Positions 1 to 11,499 of a stretch of 64,000 nucleotides of DNA are shown here, piece by piece. This stretch comes from Zygnema circumcarinatum SAG 698-1b (taxonomy: Eukaryota > Plantae > Zygnematophyceae), in assembly GCA_037447605.1 (NCBI GenBank), contig CM074804.1, forward strand, positions 5,247,909-5,311,908, written 5' to 3'. The notes under the pieces were generated by a model. It searched no databases and was not told where the DNA came from. It saw only the letters and a program-made list of their open reading frames with translations. The translations under genes were made by a program, and so were the position numbers. Numbering within the stretch: position 1 is the first letter of the stretch; each line of letters opens with the position of its first letter.

Positions 1-3000
1 CTGAAGTATGAGCATTTTGGAGAGCTTCTTGGAGCCTCCGACGGCATGGGAGGGTTCATGGATCAGCGTGGTGAGGTGGCGCTCCTTTCTCGCAACATTG
101 TCATCACCGGCACCGACGAACCGGCCCCGAATCAGTATGAAGGTCGGCCAGCTCTGCCTCCCCCCCCGGCAACTGCGGAGTGCGGCCATGGACTCTGTTC
201 TCTGCCTTCAGCGGGATGCTGAGGGAGGCAGCAGCGGGAGGGGGGATGCAGGCGGGCACTTCATCGTGTTCATGACGAGCATTCCGCAGTACATCGAGGG
301 CGTGCAGTACCTGCGGATGGGCCAGCAGGGCCAGCTCGGCCGCTACAACATCCACTTCCACGTCGTGGGATCGAGTCCCAACAGCGTCGTCCGCAAGAAC
401 GCTCTTGTGCACAGCAAGCAGGCAGGCCGCCCTGCACTCCCGCACCTGTTCTAAGGGCCTCCTGCTACTCACCGCTAGAGGCGGGCTAATGGCTGCGCCG
501 CAAGACTCTCTGGCGGATCCTAACAAAGCGCTTTCCTCCTCCTGCAGCGCTGCATCGTGCTGCACGCCTCCGACAACATCACGGCTGACAGCAACGTGGC
601 GTACAACACCAGCGGCCACTGCTTCATGACCGAGGTGCATGCTGCTCGCTGATGGTGCTCGTTATGGTGCTGCTGCTCATGATGGTGCTGCTCATGATGG
701 TGCTGATGCTGTCGCTGCATCGTGCTGTTTGCTGCATGCTGCAGGAGGGCGGGGAGGTCGGGAACACCTTCATCAACAACATCGGCATCCTCACCAACAA
801 GGGTGCGTGCCCGCTTCCCTCTTCTTGCCTGCGCGCATGAGCAGCAGCCACAGCCTCGCTGCCTATCGCAGTTGCTGGTCTGCATCACCCTCAGAAATGT
901 CATTGCATTTGGAGGTGGCTGCAGTGGATCGCCTGATCATGCAGACCGGCAGCACTACAATGACGGACGAAACTGATAATGAACCGGCAACGTTCTGGAT
1001 TACAAATGCACAGAACAATGTCATCAATAATGTGGCTGCCGGCTCTGAAGGAAGCGGGTCTGTCTTCTCGTCTCCTTTTGCTTGTTCCTCATGTGTTCTT
1101 TTCATAACTCATTCAGTAAACTTCCACATTGAATGCCGTGAATCAGTCTGTATGCCTGGTGGAGGTATAGAAAAAGTTAGCAAGTTAGCAAGCCAGCGTC
1201 CTTGACGTCCTGGCTATTTGTTATGCAGATTCTGGATCGAGCTTCGGCGTGCAGTAAGAGGCGCCTCTCTGAGTATTCCACGCGTGAAAGATATGCTTCC
1301 CCTTCACATGTCTCTGACAAACTTCAGCGGAAACGTGGCTCATTCCAATGGGGGAGTAGGTAAGACCTGGCATACATTCCGGTAAAGGAAATGAAACCCA
1401 CGGTTATGCTGGGACCTTTGTATATTGAACTATGTAAAAATCCCTACAACCTGAAACTCAAAAAAGTAAAGCCAAGATTTGAAGAATGGAAAATATTAAA
1501 AACTTTTTGAATGGTTTCATGGCAGTGAGGCCCTAGTAGGTGTAGCGGTCGTCAGGTAACTTGGCTTCGGCTCAAGGGCTGCATAAGATTTCGGAAACTG
1601 TGACGACATGCAAAATATGCAAAGTCTTGCAAGTCTTGACTGGAATCGTTTATCTTGTGAAACGACTTCGCTAAATTATATATCTATTTTTTTTTCAACT
1701 GTAGGCATTCGTACGTATCCGAATGGCATCGATCCTCGAAATGCCGACTGGGTGAGGTTCACTATGAATCATTTCTCGAACTGCTCGTTTAATGGTTTTT
1801 TCTCCGGATTTGCATGCTTTGCTTTCAATTCAAATGCGTTCTGACAGCAGTTGGTGCATGCATTTGGACAGTCACAAGGCAAACCCAACTACATGGATAA
1901 GCTCAATGTCTTCAAGAACCGGTGGACAGGGTAAGCCTCCAACGCATGTACTGGCCCGCCACGTACTCCTTCGTAGCAGTATTTATCATCGTGAAAGCTG
2001 CTGATTGAAAGTTCCAGCCTCGTTTGCACTGGAATTCGCCAATGTAGCTCGATGAAAAAAAAAAAGGTCAGCTTGTTCTCCGAGCTTCTTGGCCAACACT
2101 GATGCACGTGCTGTAAGGGCTTCGCAGATTGTTTGTTCACAACACGGAGATTTTGACAATCTCCAATAGCATTGTCTCGGATAATCTGTGGGGCATCAAC
2201 CTCAACCAAAACCACGATGTCACTGTAAAGGACACCAGAATTGTAGCTCTGAGTAACAACTATGGCAATCCCACCTACTGCTGGTCAAACGATATATGGG
2301 CGAACTGCCGCCCAGTCGTTGGCTGCAAGTAAGATAGTATCCTCCTCCCTCTTTTCATCTCATTTGTCTTCTCCCTCCTCAAGAATGCACATTGTCGAAG
2401 GACTGCAGAATTGTAGATGCGGGATTATAGAAGCGCTATCACTTCTGCGCGGTCTTATTGATGTGCAGCTCAGTAATGTTAGAGGTGTCAAAGTCTGACA
2501 ATCAGTGTTTGGACTTTTCAGGATGCCGCTTAAATGGGGAGTTCAAGGACAGTCCACGGGGAACTTGATGCGCACTGCTTTGACAGCAGGAATCATCCTT
2601 GATCAGTATCGAGTATTTGATGGAATCAGGCCCGAATTCCTTCAAAATGTCAGGTGAGCGAGCGTTTCAGTCATGGTCTTCGTGATGATGCCATGCCATG
2701 CCACGTCGATCGTCGTACTCAGATCTTGCCATTCAAAACCTTGTCAACCCTCAGTCGATTGACGGGTGTTTGTGGATTGTGCGAGTGCAGCTTTAGCAAT
2801 TTTGATCCGACCTGCCGACCAGCTGGCGCCATTGTGGCAGCAGGTCCGGCAGATTACTGGAATTCCGCGCAGACAATCTCGGTGAGAGTGACAGGAATGG
2901 CGGCCATTCGTTGCCTGAGTTTGCATAACCAGACAAGATGTTACTTCTTTTTCAATATGGTTTATTGTGAAGCCTCTTTTCGACACTTACCTTTTACTGC

Positions 3001-6000
3001 TGGTGACCTGTTGCAGGGTCTCAAATTTACCGCTAATACCAACCCTGTGTACTTCCCCCCTCGATTCAGTAATTTCATGGCAAGTAACGTCATCCGAGCA
3101 CCATACAGGCTGTGAGGGCGGTCCAATAGGAGGTCAAATCCATTGAATTTGGTTTTGCCACTTGTTTAGAATTGCAAGTGCTATTTCATAAAATAATATC
3201 CGCGCTCATGCAGATGTATCAACGTGTGCAACACGTTACGTCTGAACGTCTTCTGGCTCTCAAACTAAGTTCCGCTTTATTTGATTAAACTTTGAGGATA
3301 GGGAGGAGGGAAACCCATTGGGAGCTGGAGTTGCTACACTCTAACTCAGAATTCATCGAGATAAAGGAACCCCTGCTCAGATGTTGGGATGCGGAGGACC
3401 CGCTACTTTCCCTCTAACACATTGTCTCCGCTTTCTGCCATTGCGCAGCCATGGGAGGTCGTCTCCGACTTAGGCGAGCAGTCGATGTTTTACAGTATCT
3501 ACGACGCGGACGGGAGCGTGGTGGGCGCGCCCGGGTACATCGTGGCGAACAACGCGGCCATCCTCCCGCCCGCCGCCGCCGCGGGGGGGGGGGACTGCCA
3601 GTTCAACGCCTCATGGAACGCCTACAAGTGCCCCGGCGCCTGCTACCGCACCCTCAAACTCTCCTACTTCGAACCCGGCTTCACGCTCAACTCATGGAAC
3701 AGCCAATACGTTCGCGGGAACTTCAGGTACGCACGCAAGGCCCGGCACAAAGAAAAAAGGAGGCGGGCGTTGCAGAGTGCCCAGGGGGGGGGGGGGACCT
3801 CATGCAACATGCACTCATGCACTGCAGCATCTCGCCTGCTTGCTTGCGTGCTTGCTTCTGACGGCGTCTCGTGCGGCTCTGCCTCGCGCAGTTCCCTGCA
3901 GATCACTCGCGTCAGCGATGGCAAGGTCCTCATATTGGACGGTAACCTCAACAGGGCGAGTAATGACATGAGCGCGATCACGAGGGACTTTCACATGGTG
4001 CTGCTCGCTGACCAGACGTACACAGTGACAGTTATCCCTCCTACCTTGGTGCCTGGCTTCGTTCCAGCCAATATTTCTGTGGAGTACAGAGATCCTGGCT
4101 TCTGCGGGAAAGGCCTGACCCTGCAGTTCCCTCCCAGTGCAACCAGTTTCTTTTCGATTGTAGCCTCGGATGATGCCTTTTTCAGGTGCAGCGAGCTATC
4201 CTCCATATCCTGTCGTTTTATGCTTACACACATTTGTTTTCGGCTATTGGTTCTGTCGTTATGTTGGCATTATTCTCACTCTTTAACGAGCCTCTTCATG
4301 TACTGCAGGCAGTGCGAAGGCATGGGTGCCGCTCCGTCGACGATCGCGCAGTATGGGTTTATTTGCGGCAACTCCACGCAGAAGCCAATTTTGGAACTGA
4401 ACTTGGGATCTGCTTGGCAGGGAAAGGTCATTCCAATGTTAAAGGGCGACCCGATCGCCTGCACTGGACCGACGTACGTTTGGATTTTTTTTTACCCGAT
4501 GGCATTTCAGAGTCAAATTGTGGCCCCATTCATTTTGAGCATGACTTGGCCCTTCTAAAAGAGCTGACACTTTGTTAATGGGTGGAGTTGTGCAGCCAAT
4601 GCGGCCTCATTTGGAGCGGCAAAGTTTGGTTGTTTAACGACTCTGGTATAGATCTTCGTCCCGCTTTCTACGGTCCCCTATCTGACACAGCCGGCTGGAA
4701 GAATGGCACGACGCCTATTGGTTATAACACCTGTAAGCTGCTCCGTCTTACGGAAAGCTCCCTTGCTTTCCGCTGATGAATACATGGAACCTTTTTTGCT
4801 TCCAGAAGCTTCCTCCTAGTTCCACAACCACCTCTGCAGAACCAATGTTCTCCCTCTCACCACAGCATATGTTTATTTTTGCCAGGGAACCACCCCCTCC
4901 TCAAGACGTGGGTTTCAAATAGAACGCTGACAACGTATTATTTCCGCAAAACGTTCAACCTCACCAGCACAGGCTGCTATTCAAAGTTGTATATCGATGT
5001 GCTGGTGCAAGACGGTGTAGTTCTGTATCTGAATAGTCAAGAGCTTTTACGCTCAGGAATGAGCAATGACACCGTCACTGCTACCTCAACGGTACGCCCA
5101 TACTTGACCTGCTCTTATAAAGGACAGTTTTCTTACAGAGACTTCACTATGGCGCTTTACTGTGGCAGAAATTACTGTTCCATGGTTCTGAAAGAAACCA
5201 AATGTTTGGCTAATGCCCTTCCACATAACTTAGCAGCATCGGTGCCTGCTTTTGCAGCTTCAGTCCATGGTCGTCCAGCTCCATTCCTGACGTCAGTACC
5301 TTCCTTAACGGCTGAATTTAAGCGGAGAGCGTTTTGAGTTCCTTGACTAACTGCAGCTGCGGTTGGGGATGGTGCGTCGCAGGCCATCACCCAAGGTTCA
5401 ATCACCAACTGGAAAACATTCGTCCTGCCTCTACCGGCTCCAAACAACTCGTATTATCTAGTAGATGGAGTGAACACCATAGCAGCGGAAATGCATAGCT
5501 ATGTTTGGGCCAACCAGCTCAGTTTCGACATGCGGATGTCTGCCCTTCGAAAGTGTGTGCTCGACAATCCCGACCAATCATCAGTCTGTTTCCTTGTGGC
5601 GTTACTTACCTGAGGCTGTGCGTTTGTGAACGGCGGCATGTTCGGCACAACATAGGACTCACCCATTATGTTGTGTTTTTGCAGGCCATCCTGTGCAGGT
5701 GTTCCCTCCATCACTCCCGAGATATGCGATGGAGTCGACAACGATAACAATGGTGAAGCTAGTCCCTCGCATTCACTTCGAGCAGCGTCTTTGAATAGAA
5801 TTTTGGAGCCAAAGCAGCTGAATACTTTCTGCAACGAATGAATCCATCATGCATCTGCTGCCAGCAGCAGCTATTTTGGCTGAACCACTGCTATTTTTTT
5901 CGTGTTGCTAGAGTGTGTTCCCTAATGTCATGGACCATTTCGGCATTCATGAACTCTGTTGATTTGGCAATGTTCTTCATCGCATCTGTCGTCTGTCTTC

Positions 6001-9000
6001 CGAGATGATGCAGGTATCGTTGATGCGTACGCAAACCGGACAGTATTGACAAGAGCGTGCAAGACTGGCTGTGGTACGTCGGAGCAGAGATTGCTTTCAT
6101 TTATTTCCCTTAAGAATGGTGGGCCTATCACGAGCATTGTATACTTGGAGGAGTTTTAGCCCCTGATCCGCAATTTTTGCGGATGTGAAATTCTGACGGG
6201 GGGAGGGGTGATTTTTTTGAGAGGGCACAGGCACAGGCATAGAGACCTGCATCATGGGAATCTTCCAGAACTGCACAGCACAACCGGTGCTGCCAGACGT
6301 GTAGAAGTTCTCGCCCGTCCCTGTGTTGGATGCTGACAGCACGAGTTAGCATATGTCGTATAGGGTGTAAGGGCTCAGAGGTCGTATAGGCTGGCTAAGG
6401 TAGCATTTGGCTAGCTGCAATTTCCTTTCTTGGCAAAGGCAAGTGAGACTTCAGAGTGGTGAGAAGCAGGGAGCCCAGAATATTGAAGCTGAAATATCTG
6501 AAGCTCAATTGGCTTTCCTTGTCGCGCATTTGGTTATCCTTCTGAAGGAGAGGGAAAAAATAAAAGAAACAGTCGTAGGAGCTGGAACGAAGATATTAAC
6601 AGCTGTCTCTGCATGCACGTCTATCGTTAAGTGGCAACGCTATGTGTGTATACAGTACATATAATTCTAAGAGGGGTGCTTTATGCCGTTTCTTGGACAT
6701 TCATTTCGGTAGTTGCTTTTTGTAAAGCTTTTTCATTCATGCCAGCCAGGACATATCCTTGTACCGCCTGACCAGTTGGAAAGCTGAAAAACTCACCCCT
6801 TTCCATTGATTCCTGACGCGTGCAGGTGCAATAACAAGGATGATGACTGTGACGGGCTCGTCGATAATGGGGTGAATCAATTAAACTGCGCGGCTGGAAA
6901 CGTGTGCTTTAATGGCACTTGCCTTCCTGTAATGGATGCGACATCTGTTACAACCCTGTGGCCTCGTAATTCCAGCGATTGGTACTATTACGACAAAGGC
7001 GGGGATTTGGGTGGCGCCAAGACATCATGGCTCACAGGGTAACTGCTTTCAAAGGAAAAGCGCTGCCAACTCTGACTCATTTGTTTGAATCTGGTTGGCT
7101 GAAAGGAAGAGTGAAGCGTACGGGCCTAGTCTAGGCTCTCAGGTGGCCAAGTTTCCAGGCTTCGTTCAGTTTGCTGCTGTTGATACTCCGCGTTGTTAAA
7201 ATGGACTAAAGGAATCCTGGCGCATGCAGGAATGTAACGAAGTGGCCAACCGGCAAAGGCCCATTAGGATTCAACACTGACAACACCACCTGGGACACGT
7301 TTGGCACCACCCTGCAATACTACACAAAAAGTAGTCTCGCGGCGTACTTTGCGAAGAACTTCACCATTACCAGCGCTAATATCACCAACACATACAGTTT
7401 AGGTAAGTCCAAAAACCCTTCACGCTTCTTACTGGGTTCCATCTTGGTTATGGTCTGTCGTCTAGTTCTCCGGCCTCTATTGTTTCAGCATTCTGTTGTG
7501 TATATTTGCATTCTACTCGAAGCTCTGTCTCTCTCTCATGATTGCGTTGCTGACCTGCTGGTGCCAATGTCCCGCAGACTTCAACATCCGGCGAACAGAC
7601 GGCGCCATCGTGTACTTGAACGGAGCAGAGTTATGGCGCACGCAGGTTCCGTGGGGCCCTGTCAACTGGACTGTGGGCGCTACCTCGTACACCAACACAT
7701 GGAGCGGCAACCTGCCGTGGCTCTACGAGAAGTGTCAGGCGTGCTTCCGCAACACCACCGCAAAGCTCAAGGTAGCTCGTGCACCAAACACTCGTGGCAA
7801 GAGATTTGGAGGGTCCGCCTCGAGCACATGTTGAGGACTTGATGATGGGTTCTTCGCAAGATATGACAATGCAAGATCTAAGCTTGTGAAATCGTACGGG
7901 TTGGGGAAAACCAAACAGAATGGCGTAAACTGGATAGCAGTGCAGCTTCAATCCTCATGGTACTGGGAGAATCATGCGGCATTCGACATGGATCTTCTCA
8001 GAAACGTGCCTACAAACTGCTCGTCTTTACCTGGAAAACCTTCCGTTTGTGTACGCCAAGTGGCGCAAGCCATTTCTCCTGTGAGTCACCTTTACATGTG
8101 AACTGGTCACAGGTTCGCTGAACGGTAGATTGGAATTCTGTAAACGTTCAGTCAAATTTATTCAGCCGAGAGCTGACTACCTGCTCACAGTGCGCTGAAA
8201 GGTGGAAGGATGTGCTGATATGAGCATTTCGATTTTCTGCATTAACGTGCATCCTCACGCTTCACTTGTGCAGGATGCTAGTGTCTGGCAGTACCTCGAC
8301 GGATCCAAGACTCTTCCTGCATCCAATTGGATGCTTCCAAGCTTCGTCTCCACCACCTGGCCTTCAGGTGTCGACTTCGACCTTCTCTTGGCCAAAGAAA
8401 TGTACCTGTGAAGGAACTTCCGTCATCTTTCATGTTCTCATGCGTTTCAAATGCATGCATGCAGGAGCGATGCCGTTTGGGTTTACCTCCTATCCATGGA
8501 GGAGGACGACTCTGAACCCGGGTCCTAACGGAACTGAAGTGAGGCGAACTTTCTACTTCCGCAAGACAATAAGCATTCCGGACGCTAAATGTTTCTTCGT
8601 ATTGAACAGCACCCTGCTGGTCAATGACGGTGCTGTAAGTCTTCTGCCTGGCTCCTGCTCCTTCTCCTGAGCCCAACTCCACTCAGATGGAGAAGAAACT
8701 GGTCCGTCAAGCTTTCCGAAGGACTTTGTCTTTGCAATCACGATGCTTTATGTTTACTTTGGTTTTGGCCAATTCCTTCGAGATTCTCCTCTGCAGGTTG
8801 TTTTTGTAATGTGGTCGCCTTCTAGTTTGAACTTGGATTGTCTACAACAATCTGAGCTGACATCGTTCACAGGAATCCTGAAAAGTGCATCTGGTATGTC
8901 TGTGTTGCAGGTGTTGTACATCAACGGCGTTGAAGTGTTTAGGTAAGCAAAATGTTTGAAATCTTGAAGTTTGGGCTTCAAAAACTCATTTCCTTATCTG

Positions 9001-9323
9001 GCCTTTCCTCCGCCAAAAGCACAAAATTTCAAGTTGATTACCAAGCGTTGTCGCTTTGTGTGTCACAAGTTCGCTGACTATCTGCTCTTCTCTGTTGCAG
9101 AAAACGGATGCCCGCTGGTCCCGTGAACTCCACTGCGTTTGCCACCAGCTGGGGCACCTGGAGTTACGACTGGAATCTCTTCTCCGGTGGTTGGCTTAAG
9201 ACTGGGACCAATGTGTTGGCAGCAGAACTTCACCGCAATCAGGGGAACACAGACTACATTTTCTTCGATTGGCAGGTCATGGGTGCAAGAGAGGCATACA
9301 ACTGCACTCCCCTTCCTCTCTGA
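1..9323 (+). CDS. Large multi-exon extracellular protein, 5'-truncated by the window: G8/fibrocystin-L/TMEM2-type beta-helix region, then three jelly-roll (galactose-binding-like) repeats and two MopE-type Cys/Asp motifs
   Basis: Spliced reading gives RGEVALLSRNIVITG (1-140), GQQGQLGRYNIHFH, RCIVLHASDNITADSNVAYNTSGHCFMTE (548-634) and PATFWITNAQNNVINNVAAGSEG, the motif series typical of G8-domain/PKHD1L1/CEMIP-like proteins. Later exons encode YYFRKTF...DGVVLYLN, DGAIVYLNGAELWR and FYFRKT...DGA|VLYINGVEVFR, plus PEICDGVDND and CNNKDDDCDGLVD. Stop at 9321-9323. Many introns, mostly GT-AG. Confidence 0.85.
640..720. repeat. Intronic degenerate minisatellite (GATGGTGCTGCTCAT-like)
   Basis: Visible 9/15-bp periodicity; it generates spurious His/Gln-rich ORFs. 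Confidence 0.7.
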
Positions 9324-9759
9324 GTTCATCCCAAATTTTGAAGAAAGAATTTGCAGGCAGTTGGGCGCGCTGCTAGCGAGACTTCTGCACATGAGCAATT
9401 TTGTTGTGATTAATCTGAAACTAATGTGCAATCTCTGGCCAGAATAAATGATAGGAGGGGTCTTTAGGCATAGTTGTCTGAGGACCAAGGCAGATGGAGT
9501 TTACTGTGCAAATACCTTTTTTGGATGCAATTTGAAGGTTCGCTTCATCGTAGTCTCCCATACAGCAGCAGGTCAGCCCGCTTCCCAGAAGCACTAAACT
9601 ACACCGTTCCCCTAAATGAAACCCTCAGAATTAGTCATCGTTCAACTATGACTTGTGAATGTGTTGTTTTCACTGCCGGAGTGGTGCTTGTACACCAAAG
9701 GCCTGTAGGGAAGTCGCTTGCGGTGACATTGAAGCACTGCTTCATATTTGAATGACGGC

Positions 9760-10250
9760 CATACTTGGCCCACAAAACACCCCTTACGCTTCTTCCTCTG
9801 CAATACGCCTGCTAAGCGACCTGTGTTGATACGGAGCCTCCAGACCTGCTAGAGGATGCCTCCGAGGAGGACATCCCTCTACGCTTAGGACTAGGAGACG
9901 CCACCTTTGCGGAAGCACAAGTTCTCACTCACAAAGCATATGATAGCCCCCAGGCAAAGAATGAAAGACATAACAGAAAGACAAGGAATTAAGAGAAAGC
10001 ACCACGGCCTAAAACTCTTAACTTCCAAATAGAAGTACAAGCATGCAGCAAGAGCCACTCCCCTGCATCTCTACTCCACTACAAGACTACCACCTCATGC
10101 TGTGAAGCTCCACCACATTCCGGCAAGCTTTACCTACCGCTTCTCGCAGTCTACATCCAGGGTTAGGTCTCAATGTTCTCCCTCTCAATTTTTACTTCGC
10201 CCAAAGCAACAACATGGGCGGCTACCAACCCCGCTAGCAAACACTAAGCG
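9760..10250 (-). mobile_element. Possible retroelement leader/LTR remnant (boundaries uncertain)
   Basis: 9991-10026 matches the gypsy leader at 32634-32672; composition is similar; no clear TG..CA ends or TSD found. Confidence 0.35.
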
Positions 10251-10260
10251 CTGGTCTCGC

Positions 10261-10360
10261 CACGCGACTACGCCTGCACGCCTGTCACGCCACGCGTCTT
10301 CAGTTGCGCGCCGGTCACGTCACGCGCCTTTAGTTGCGCGCCTGTCACGTCACACATTGT
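10261..10360. repeat. 30-bp tandem repeat, about 3.3 copies
   Basis: Units start at 10261, 10291 and 10321 (CACGCG...CCTGTCACGY). Confidence 0.85.
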
Positions 10361-10380
10361 CGCCCCGCCACGTTCAACTA

Positions 10381-10412
10381 TACCGTACCATACCGTACCG
10401 TACCATACCGTA
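10381..10412. repeat. (TACCG/TACCA)n pentanucleotide microsatellite abutting the MITE
   Basis: taccgtaccataccgtaccgtaccataccgta. Confidence 0.85.
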
Positions 10413-10894
10413 CAGAACCCCCCCGTAATATTTTCGCCGTGGTTTCGGCGAATATGGGGCGAAAATCTTGGAATTTGCAAATATAAGGGATTCCGTGTTA
10501 ACAAGAGGCGGGCGGTATCATGTTAGAGTCCGGCCTGCGGCCGTACTGTTTCACTCTGTACGGACACGCATGGCCGCCCAGCGGGCCCTGTCGCGAGCTC
10601 CTATTGGTGCCCGTACCTTTAATGACACTACTGTAGCTCCTACTGTATTGGTGCCCTAAACATGCCGTACGATTTAGAGGTTCTATCCGTACTTTCCGTA
10701 CAGCGGAATGGCGTGAACCATGTTTGAAATTTGTTTTGTTTCACAGATTTTGTATTGTAAAATAGGTCAAGTTAGGTTGACACCCCTAATACATTAACAC
10801 AGACTTACCGTACTAGAAGTGGTTTCGGCAAAATCAGGTCGAATTTCTTGGGAAACGCAAGTACGAGGGTGGAAAATATTAGGGGTGCTTACTG
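10413..10894. mobile_element. Non-autonomous TA-targeting DNA transposon (Tc1/mariner/pogo-like MITE) with imperfect TIRs
   Basis: TA|CAGAACCCCCCCGTAATATTTTCG ... GGAAAATATTAGGGGTGCTTACTG|TA. Its first ~200 bp recur inverted at 34897-35303. Confidence 0.75.
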
Positions 10895-11499
10895 TACCGT
10901 ACGGCCCCACACTTGAAATTTTGAAATTGGGGTGGTTGCGGGCCAACTTTCGCTGGCGGCGATTCAAGTTCGTGTTCCGCCGAGCGTTTGGATCCCGTCT
11001 GGATATCGGACGGCGCTGAGGCTTTCAGCCGCGCGCCTGTGCCCTCTCAGCCGTCGATATGGCGATCCGGAAGCATTCCCCGTCTCGAATTTGTTGGCTG
11101 TATGTAGATCGTGCGCTTTTGCTGCATGGCCGCCGTCCGCTGCGAGGAACGCTCCAGGATTGCGTAAGGAAAGGAAAGAAGCAGGGCTTGAGCGGGAAGG
11201 AGGTAAAAGTTTCGAATTTTGGAATGTTGAAAGTAGGCTGGAATTTGAGATTTTTTTTTTGAAACCTGTAACGTTTTGAAGGCTGTCTGAGCAGTTAAAA
11301 TACTGCTGCTGCTGCTGCGGATGCGACCCAGTCCTTTGGAGGAGCTTACGGCTTCTTCCGCATCCTTCTCCTCTGATATAGGCCTAGGAGACATCAAATT
11401 AGAGGCTATGGTAGGAAAATTTGTTATCCCTTTGCAGAAGGGACATCGGAGGATACATAGAAGATTGCAGCAACGGCGGCAGTTGATTTCAGGGAGCTG

